DNA of 52,334 nt from a virus (Duplodnaviria; Caudoviricetes). Below the pieces are notes generated by a model. That model saw only the letters and a program-made list of their open reading frames with translations, was not told the origin of the DNA and made no database searches. The stretch spans positions 1 through 52,334 of IMG/VR virus record IMGVR_UViG_3300021356_000025; one strand, written 5' to 3'. Shown piece after piece: positions 8,188 to 16,600 of this stretch (positions within the stretch are counted from its first letter, which is position 1; each line of letters opens with the position of its first letter). The position numbers and the translations under genes are program-made.

Positions 8188-10160
8188 TATGATAATGCCC
8201 TTAGTTCGTCCATAGTTTCAGCAATGCACACGCCGTACAGTTTGCCCTCACCTATTATTTCAATCTGCCATTCAGTAGCAACAGTAGCCGGTAGCCGAAC
8301 CTGTATAATAGGATTACCGTGCATACTATTTTGTGTAACATTTACAGCGTGCGCCCCTGAAATACCGGATGGAACTGTAATAGTTTGAGTTACAGCATTA
8401 GTATTAATATCATGATCAAAGTCATAATCAGCTACTTTGACGCCATCACCATATACTTTTACTCTAGTATCTGCATATGCGTCTATAGATAGCCAACCCA
8501 TAGATGTAGGTTTTTCTGCTATATAAGTTCTAGTTTTATATGTATATTGGTACGCTAAAGGATCAGGATTAGCTGCTTCAAACAGCTTTACAGCAGTAAC
8601 ACCTTTAATTAGATACACGCTAGAGTCAGTAGGATCTTCATACCCACCATAAGGAAAATAAGAACGGTCTAAGCTAACAAGACGATTAGATGGGTCACTT
8701 GCTGGATCAAATATAAACCCTTTGATAGGCGATTGCCCAGAACCATTCCAATGAAACCCTACGTATTTGCCCTCATAATTAAACGCCATAAATTTAGCTG
8801 TAGAATAATCAGACATGTGTAAGTAGTTATCGTTCCAATCTTTAACGGAAATAAGATCTTTGGTAACTACTTGACCAGAAGTACCTGAAATAGCACAAAG
8901 GCCATCAGGGGCAGCATAAAAAACTGTATCACCGATTTCAACAACACTGTTTTTGTATACGCAAGCTTGCGAAAAATCAACTTTCACAGATGCCATTGCT
9001 GATGGATCAGTACCAGTTACAAAATACGGCTGCCCTTTGGTTAAAGCTACAATACCGTTGTTTGTTCTAGCAATTTCAACAATCTCATCTTGGATAGTTA
9101 TTCTATATTTAACTGGCCATGCATGGGGCAGAAAAGGTTCGCTAAAACATAAACGTTTACCTGTAAATCCAGCCATTACGCCTTGGCCTACAGCCATTAA
9201 AGACTTCAAAGGCCCTTCTGGGTATAAAGTAGTATCTGTATCAGGAGGCCCTATCCAATCTGCACTTGGCATAACTTCCGATAAAAAACTTTGGGGATCG
9301 TCATCGATTATACTTGTAACTACATTAGGCGGAAAAAATATTATCCCACTGCCTAAAGAACTCATAGGAACGTCTTTTAAAAACTGATACTGAGTGTCTT
9401 GTGAACCTGTATTAGATCTATACACCCGTATATTGCCTAAATAATTTTCGTGGGTAAGCCCATCATTAGGGGTGTTATCAGCAATAACACCCGAATACAA
9501 TCTTTGATGAACTATCTCAACTTGAGTTACATTACTATGCACTTCTACAGTGCCAGAATAAAGAGGGGGTCCCTCTCTACCATCAAGAGTTACATAGCAT
9601 ATTGCATACGAAACAAGCTGTGGGTCTTCTCCCGGATCAGGCTGTGTATTAGTACCGCCGCCGCTATAAGTCCTAACTAAATTACTAATTATGCCCGACG
9701 GTTGGGGGACTCCTAAAGGGAATGATTTTCTTGGGAATGAACCAGTTAAATTTGCTGTAACAAAACCTCTAGCTTGGAGCATAGAACTCCAAGATATTCG
9801 TGGGTCACCTTCCCCTGTCCAATACACGCGGCCAGTTGCATCGGCAGGCACTGGTCCTTGAACTGCAGATATATCGGCTTCATCCCATTGCAACCATAAT
9901 TCATCTTCATGTGCATCCCCAGAACCGTCCGAGTGAATTGCATCTGTTTCCCAAAAGTATTTAAATATGGAATTTGTTTCAGGAGCGTTAGAATGGCCAT
10001 TTAAAGTAAGTCCGGGAACGCCTAGATCGCCTTTTACTGTATCAATTTTCCCAGATTCTATAACAACGTTTTCTGCTGTTTCGGCATAGTTTTCAGGCAA
10101 TAAACGTGCGTCCAATATAGGAGCTATCCCGCCAAACACTGTCTGCTTAAAATATGCCAT
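8187..10160 (-). CDS. Podovirus tail nozzle/stabilisation protein (tubular protein B-like)
   Basis: F.GIAP....RLLP...A..A.N N-terminus; LCFSEPFLPHAWP; beta-propeller-like composition. Confidence 0.7.
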   Translation of the reverse strand: MAYFKQTVFGGIAPILDARLLPENYAETAENVVIESGKIDTVKGDLGVPGLTLNGHSNAPETNSIFKYFWETDAIHSDGSGDAHEDELWLQWDEADISAVQGPVPADATGRVYWTGEGDPRISWSSMLQARGFVTANLTGSFPRKSFPLGVPQPSGIISNLVRTYSGGGTNTQPDPGEDPQLVSYAICYVTLDGREGPPLYSGTVEVHSNVTQVEIVHQRLYSGVIADNTPNDGLTHENYLGNIRVYRSNTGSQDTQYQFLKDVPMSSLGSGIIFFPPNVVTSIIDDDPQSFLSEVMPSADWIGPPDTDTTLYPEGPLKSLMAVGQGVMAGFTGKRLCFSEPFLPHAWPVKYRITIQDEIVEIARTNNGIVALTKGQPYFVTGTDPSAMASVKVDFSQACVYKNSVVEIGDTVFYAAPDGLCAISGTSGQVVTKDLISVKDWNDNYLHMSDYSTAKFMAFNYEGKYVGFHWNGSGQSPIKGFIFDPASDPSNRLVSLDRSYFPYGGYEDPTDSSVYLIKGVTAVKLFEAANPDPLAYQYTYKTRTYIAEKPTSMGWLSIDAYADTRVKVYGDGVKVADYDFDHDINTNAVTQTITVPSGISGAHAVNVTQNSMHGNPIIQVRLPATVATEWQIEIIGEGKLYGVCIAETMDELRALS

Positions 10161-10172
10161 AATATTTACCTG

Positions 10173-10424
10173 TTAATTATCTAGCTCTCTATCAATTAAA
10201 GCTGCTAAATTAGCTACTGCTATTTCATGTATAGCGGCTTCCCTTTTAGCTTTAGCAGCAATTTGTGCTGCTTCATCGTGTAAAGACAACAATTCTTTTA
10301 CTTCATCCGATAAATCAGATAAGTTATAAACTTTATCGCCAACAGTAACTGTAGGTTCAGGGCGTTTCGCAATTACTTTTTTAGGCGTTGCAAAATCTTT
10401 TTTAGCTTTGTTTTGTTTTGGCAT
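10173..10424 (-). CDS. Small coiled-coil protein, possible fibre chaperone
   Basis: 83 aa, downstream of the fibre genes. Confidence 0.5.
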   Translation of the reverse strand: MPKQNKAKKDFATPKKVIAKRPEPTVTVGDKVYNLSDLSDEVKELLSLHDEAAQIAAKAKREAAIHEIAVANLAALIDRELDN

Positions 10425-10436
10425 TATAGACTCCTT

Positions 10437-10781
10437 CTAGTCTTCTGCGTTAGTAATTCCTAATTTTGCTTTATTTAAAGCTACTCCATCTCGAATCCAC
10501 GGAGCTGTAGGGTATGTATTAGTGTCTACTCTAGCTAATTGCTCTGTAATAGACGCTTCATACGCGTCTATTTGCTCTTGAGTTAGGGTGTTTTTCACCC
10601 AATTTACAACTTGCTCTTTCGTTAACTCTGCAAAGTCAACATAACTTTCGGATGTAGAGTCCGGAGTAAATGTTAACTTGCCGTCACACATTGCTAACCC
10701 GTCAGAAATACTATAGTGGACTTCAACAACGCCCCCATCTGGGTTAGTAAGCACATCAGATACATCCCATAAAATAGCCAT
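10437..10781 (-). CDS. Tail-fibre-associated protein
   Basis: VH...YVDFAELTKEQVVNWVK...PW pattern common after marine phage fibre genes. Confidence 0.55.
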   Translation of the reverse strand: MAILWDVSDVLTNPDGGVVEVHYSISDGLAMCDGKLTFTPDSTSESYVDFAELTKEQVVNWVKNTLTQEQIDAYEASITEQLARVDTNTYPTAPWIRDGVALNKAKLGITNAED

Positions 10782-10791
10782 TTCTTATCCT

Positions 10792-12255
10792 CTATGACTT
10801 AATTCGCACATAACCACTAGTATCTACCCACAGCTCGCCAGACAAAACGCCGTAAGACCCAGCACCGCTGTCAGAAAGATATCTGCTTGATTTGCCTAGT
10901 GTAGGAAACCCAACTCCACTAGGGCCAAGCAGGGCACCAGTGCCGGTAGCCCAGTTTGTTGTGGTTTGCCGAATGTAAAAACCATTAAACCTATCAGTAG
11001 CGTCTTCTCCAACCCCAACGCTAAATACATAATGCTTATTGTCATCATATTTGTTCCACCTACCAACTGCAGTACATCCGTCAAAAGTTGAGTAAGTGCC
11101 GTCGCCATTATCTACAACGGGAGTTGTAACGCCTTGGCCTAAAGCAATGTTTGCCCACGCATCGCTGGCTACAGCACCATGCCCCGCAGCAAAACTACCT
11201 TGTCCAAATGCCTGCGAGTTTGCATTAAATGCGGCAGAAGCAAATCTATATGCATTAGTATAAAAACCCATAGCAACTCCGCAAGTTGCTTCTTGAGTAG
11301 CCCCATCTACACCCACCATAGAACGAACGCCCGCAGTAAAACCGCCTGTTCCATTACCATGATTTATACAACCCATCCCCAAAACAACGGCTCCGGGGCT
11401 TTTGTTATACATTGTTTGGCCAGCATCATTATTTGAAATCGTGCCGAAAGTTAAACTATAATTTTCAGCCATTTTAGAATAGTCAAGATTGCCACCTTCT
11501 AAACGGTCGGCGTTTTCAGCCCAACCAAATGCTGCTTCTTCAGTTATATTTAAGTGCGACTTGTGTATAGAATTAGGCCTTTGTACATCAAATAAGGTTC
11601 TTCCAGTTACACGCTGCTCTATGTCAGTATTTGCAGCAAAAGCATAAGAACCAGTAGAATCCGCATTTCTAGTAACTGTATACGTATAAGCCGTAGGCGA
11701 ACAAGTGTTGCTCATATGGTAAGTTTCGCCACTAATCATCCACATGCCGGCTATAGATGCCTTACTCCACAAAATATTAAAAGATTTAGTAGTAGGGTGA
11801 CCACTAGTATAGTTAAGAGTTACCGTATAAATACTATTATAACTAAAACTAGTTTGACTACTTTCGCCTGCATCCTGTACAACTACACTATCTACAGGAT
11901 CTGAATTTGCGGATTCAATTGTTACGTCAACTCTGTTAGTGTTAATTTCTTTTACAGTAATATAAACAATAGAGTTAACTTCGGCAGTATTATTAACATG
12001 ATAAACTAACCGTTGGCAGTAGTTCTCTGATCCTGTAGGAGGGGCAGGGAATACTGAAGACCTAGCAGTAACTCTTACGACTTCGTTATTAGTGCCGTCA
12101 TCAATAGTTGCATAAAAATATTCCCCCGTATCTAACGAGGGAAATAAATCTCCATGTGCAGTAGATAACTTTATAGTTGTAGAAGTGGCACTTATAGAAT
12201 CAACTATTTCGCCTGCCGCATTATTAGCAAACTGTTGTTTGTTCAGTTTCGGCAT
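10792..12255 (-). CDS. Tail fibre/spike with YadA-like (Hep/Hag) repeats
   Basis: N-terminal anchor (FANNA...FP...EVVRVTAR...VTR...QRVT) and ~14-aa AMG/AFN/AAG/ALG/AVG repeats. Confidence 0.7.
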   Translation of the reverse strand: MPKLNKQQFANNAAGEIVDSISATSTTIKLSTAHGDLFPSLDTGEYFYATIDDGTNNEVVRVTARSSVFPAPPTGSENYCQRLVYHVNNTAEVNSIVYITVKEINTNRVDVTIESANSDPVDSVVVQDAGESSQTSFSYNSIYTVTLNYTSGHPTTKSFNILWSKASIAGMWMISGETYHMSNTCSPTAYTYTVTRNADSTGSYAFAANTDIEQRVTGRTLFDVQRPNSIHKSHLNITEEAAFGWAENADRLEGGNLDYSKMAENYSLTFGTISNNDAGQTMYNKSPGAVVLGMGCINHGNGTGGFTAGVRSMVGVDGATQEATCGVAMGFYTNAYRFASAAFNANSQAFGQGSFAAGHGAVASDAWANIALGQGVTTPVVDNGDGTYSTFDGCTAVGRWNKYDDNKHYVFSVGVGEDATDRFNGFYIRQTTTNWATGTGALLGPSGVGFPTLGKSSRYLSDSGAGSYGVLSGELWVDTSGYVRIKS

Positions 12256-12266
12256 TAATTACTCTC

Positions 12267-13100
12267 CTAAGTAAAGCGAATATCCCAAACAATAGTTATA
12301 GTATCATTTTCAGTTCTAGAGTAAGTAGAATTAAATACTACTCTTGACACACAAACTTCAGCAGCGCCCGATGGACTATTAAAAGTTGCTAATAATACTG
12401 CTTCAGTAATGTCATCACTGTTAGTCCCAGTATACGTTTGGGTAAAGTAATGCGTATTTCTTGGCGTCAAAGCATGTATTGTATTTCTTTCTGCTGTACC
12501 TTGTGGCCCAAGGAAGTCTCTAGCTGTTGTACTTTGTTGCGCACGTTGTATCGTAAAGGTTGCAGTAGCAGCTGTGTATTGATTTAATACCGTTCTAGTA
12601 CCTGTGTCAGTAACTTTTACTATCTCATCTTGAATGTTCTGGCCACTAGTATCAGTTATCTGCATAAAAAAGTGCGACGAAGTAATGCCAGTACTAGCTG
12701 TAGGAAAAAGCTCTGGACGTACAACAGTCATACTAGTAGCAGACGCAGACAAAGTAGCGTTGCTAAAATACGAATACGTTTTATGGAAACCAGCAGGCTG
12801 TATAGACCATGCCCCCTGACCAGTACCTAAAGTCTGAGAAGGAGTTATAGTAGTAGCCTCAGCAGATAGTAGTGTAGTTTCTACACCAGTATCACTGGAA
12901 ACAGGCGCTGTATTACCCCTACCAAATCTTAATTTATTAACGGCACTATAAGCAGCAACAGGAGAAAAATATGCCATCCTATTGATAATATAATCTTGCC
13001 CAGATTCTACTATTAGATTATCAGTAGTTTCTAGGACCTCGCCATTTTTTATAAGGGTAACTATACCCTTTAATTCAGGTTTGTTTTTTTCTTTAACCAT
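12267..13100 (-). CDS. Virion structural protein, paralogue of 13157-13609 with an internal insertion
   Basis: N- and C-termini align by eye with the neighbour (KG...NGEV...N.V..G.D...RM; TEA...R.VF...TEND..TI.WD). Confidence 0.65.
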   Translation of the reverse strand: MVKEKNKPELKGIVTLIKNGEVLETTDNLIVESGQDYIINRMAYFSPVAAYSAVNKLRFGRGNTAPVSSDTGVETTLLSAEATTITPSQTLGTGQGAWSIQPAGFHKTYSYFSNATLSASATSMTVVRPELFPTASTGITSSHFFMQITDTSGQNIQDEIVKVTDTGTRTVLNQYTAATATFTIQRAQQSTTARDFLGPQGTAERNTIHALTPRNTHYFTQTYTGTNSDDITEAVLLATFNSPSGAAEVCVSRVVFNSTYSRTENDTITIVWDIRFT

Positions 13101-13120
13101 TTAAACTCTCTCCTATTATT

Positions 13121-13141
13121 TAGCCCTCTATAAGAGGGCTT
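13121..13141 (-). terminator. Intergenic hairpin, possible terminator/attenuator
   Basis: AGCCCTCT-ATA-AGAGGGCT inverted repeat; weak U tract. Confidence 0.45.
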
Positions 13142-13156
13142 TGGAATATAAACTAA

Positions 13157-13609
13157 TTAGGAAATAGAAACGTCCCAATCAATAGTAAGAGAGTCATTTT
13201 CAGTTTTGTTTACAGCACTAAATACTGTACGGCAAAGCATAGTACCAGCAGACGAAGCATTAAAAATGCCAGCTTCTGTCAAAGCACCGTCGTGCGTAGT
13301 AGCACCCGATGGGAAAGTAGCTGAGTAACTAACTTTACTATCAGCACCTGAAGTAACAACAGACTGAGTCAATGCTACTCGTGTACCTTTTGGTGTAACC
13401 AAAGCTGAATTCCCAGCAGCAGCAGCAGTTGTACCTGTGCCTACAGCCATATGAGACATACGGTTTGGTTGGCTAGTTGCGCCCATACGCTCAGCAACCC
13501 AGTCTTTACCGTCCTCAACAACAACGTTCGGAATGTCTCGAACAACTTCACCATTTAACCTAATTTTAAGATGACCTTTCATCTTCATAGTTTCAGCAAT
13601 ACCGCTCAT
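13157..13609 (-). CDS. Virion structural protein (tail-collar/fibre-base-like)
   Basis: MAVGTG...LTEAGIF...MLCRTVF motif typical of this phage structural family. Confidence 0.65.
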   Translation of the reverse strand: MSGIAETMKMKGHLKIRLNGEVVRDIPNVVVEDGKDWVAERMGATSQPNRMSHMAVGTGTTAAAAGNSALVTPKGTRVALTQSVVTSGADSKVSYSATFPSGATTHDGALTEAGIFNASSAGTMLCRTVFSAVNKTENDSLTIDWDVSIS

Positions 13610-13633
13610 GTTTATTCTCCAAAAAATATATAA

Positions 13634-16600
13634 TTAATTAATTACGGTGCTGTTAATAGCACCACTGTTAACAGTTCGACTGGCCAGACCACTTCCAGTG
13701 GTTAAAGTCGTTACCACAGTCTCAGCAAATGTAAAAGAATCTGCTGGTAGTGGTCTATTGTAGTTTACTAGACTAGTTACTATTACGCTAGTAGTTTGAA
13801 GCTCATTTATTCTTAACGAACCACCTACCCTCACAAAGTCCGTCACGCCAAAAGAACTATCTTCTTGGGCATAACTATAAATACCCGAAACACCTAGCTT
13901 TCTAACGTAAGAAACTTGTAAAGTCGGCGTATCATTTACGCCAAATAAATGTACTTTAGTTAAGCCTGTAGTAAACGCCTTAGATGTAATCGCATCTAGG
14001 ATAGTAAAACTGCTGCTCAAAGGCAAAGTTATCTTCTTAAACACACTAAGATTTTCTGAGTTAGATATAGAATCTGCTAAGTTTTTAGTTAAATCATAAT
14101 CAACAGCGTCAGAAAAACTAAAAGAACTAGAAAAATCCCTGTTATAAACAGCTGTTAAAGTGGGGGTGTCGGAAACACCAAACACGTTAGCTTTACCAAG
14201 CTCGGTGTTGTCAATAGAAAAAGTATCATCCATTGCAAAAGTGTCTGTAAAAGAACGCTTATTACTCGCAAAGATAGAAGCAAATTCTGACGGCGTAATG
14301 GTTTCTGTGCCTATAAATCTAGTAAACGAGTAATTAGACTCGTCAGACATACTGGCACTGTCAGTTTTTGTGCCAGCGGATGATATTTCTGGCGCATCTA
14401 AAATAGTTATAGAGTCATTAATACCCTGTTCATAAGAAATAAAAGGTTTAAAATCAAACTCAGTAGAAAAAGTATCTGTGTCAACAGGCCTAGTTATATC
14501 CAACTTAGGTTGATCGGTAAATGAGTAACTATCTGATATCGGCCTAACAAAAGTTGTGGTTGTAGTTGCAGAGTCGCCCACGCCAAATGAATCAAACTTA
14601 TCCCTATTATCAGAGATAGATGCACCTTGATCAGCTAGTGTTATGCCATCACTACGACTAAGAGTTTGGACTTTAAACGTTGAAAAATGCTCATCAGTAG
14701 ATTGGGCGTCTGTAAATTCTTTGCCAACAGTTTTCGAAGATACTTCAACAATCGTAAATGGCGATTCTGGCCCCATGTTAAAAGTATAGTTACTAGACTC
14801 TGTCATTCCAAAACTGTCTTCTTGACTATTACTATAGTCACTATGTACAACAGCGTATGCAGCGGCACTTAGAGAATCGCTAGTATTTATATCAAACTCA
14901 AAGCTATGGGCATCAGAAAACGTAACAGGTGTGTTATTAATTTCTCTTACATAAGTAGCTTTAGTAGTTGGTACGTCTACTACACTAAAGTTAGAAAACT
15001 CACCAAAAGCAGATGAGAAATCAAGCTCATCTAATATCGTTATAGCGTCAGTAAATGAACGAGATTGCGCTTTAAATAACCCTAAAGTTTCAGATTTAGC
15101 CACACTATCAACTATACCTTTTGTCGGGTTAATAGCTGAAAAGTCTGCAATAGATGCAGCATCAGAAACAATTTTTGTTAGATCTAAAGCACTAGAGTCT
15201 CCCATAGAAAAAGCATCTGAGAAAGAACTACTAGCAGCTATAAACATAAGTAATAGTTCTTCGGGTGAAGTAAATGTACTAGACGCCGCTTTAGTCGTAG
15301 CTTTGTCTACATCTTCTTTAATGGTTATGGGGTGATCAAAAGGCCTGCTATATGTAGTAGACGTAGATGCCGAATCCCCCATGCCAAAATTATTATCTTT
15401 AACAGCACCAAAATCATTACCCACAGATACTGAGTCATCCATAGCAAATACACTGTCTAGCGATCGGGTGTAAGTTGCAAAACTAGCAAGGTCTACTTCA
15501 GTGCCTAATGTTTCAGTATTATTTTTTGTTACTGACAATACATTAGATTCCGCTATTGTAACGGCGTCGTTTTTGTCTAAAGAAATAGATAACGTGTTTA
15601 AATCGCCAACAGATACAGAATTACTAATTATTTCTTTGTACACAGGCATAACAGTTAATACTTCATCTGCTTGCTGAGAGTCGGAAAAAGACTTGTTTAA
15701 AGAGTACGCTAGGTGTTCTACAATCGGCGCACTGTGAGATAGCGGCCTATTGTATGTAGTAGATGTAGTTAAAACATCTGCAAAATTAAATGAGTCATCG
15801 GGTCTAGCTGTTTTATCAATATCAGAAAAATCGATTATAGATATAGCAGAAGTCAAAGACCTAGAAAAAACTTTAAAAGTATTTACATTAACAGAAGTTT
15901 GTATTGAGTCATTTTTATTGGCTAAAAATAACAAGGACGACGTTTCTGCTATACTAACTGGTTCTACTTCAGATGATTTAAACAACTTTCGAAATACTGA
16001 GTCATCTAATCCAAGACTATTACTAACTATGTTTTTGTATACAGGTATAAAAGTAACTACGTCATCCGAAGAAAAAGAATCTTCTTTCGGGGTTGTGTAC
16101 TTATAAGAGAAAGGATCTTCAAAACTAAACGCATCATCATGAGATCTGTTATATACGGTTGACGTAGTAATTACATCTGCCATACCAAAAGTATTAGAAG
16201 ACGTACTTCCAAAGTTACTGCCAACAAGAGCCGCATCGGTTATGTCTACGGTAGAACTAAAGCTTCTAGTATAACCAAAGAAAGGACTTATAAACTCACT
16301 TGCGGACATTTGTTCTTGGTTTGGTATTGTAAAGCGCTTAGTAACAGCGTCCGTCATACTAAACAAAGATGCATCAGCAGCTTTAAACATTTTTGTAATT
16401 ACAGAATCATCCAAACCAAAGCTATCACTGGATGTAGTGCTGTAAAGTGGGAACATAGCGAAGTTTATATTTGCAGATACAGTGTCTTCTGCAGCTGCCA
16501 ATGAAAAATCCATAGACAGCAATTCAGTTATTGAGTACGTAGAATTAAATATACGTTTAAATATAGTAGAAGTAGTAAGTGTATCCCCTATGCCAAATGA

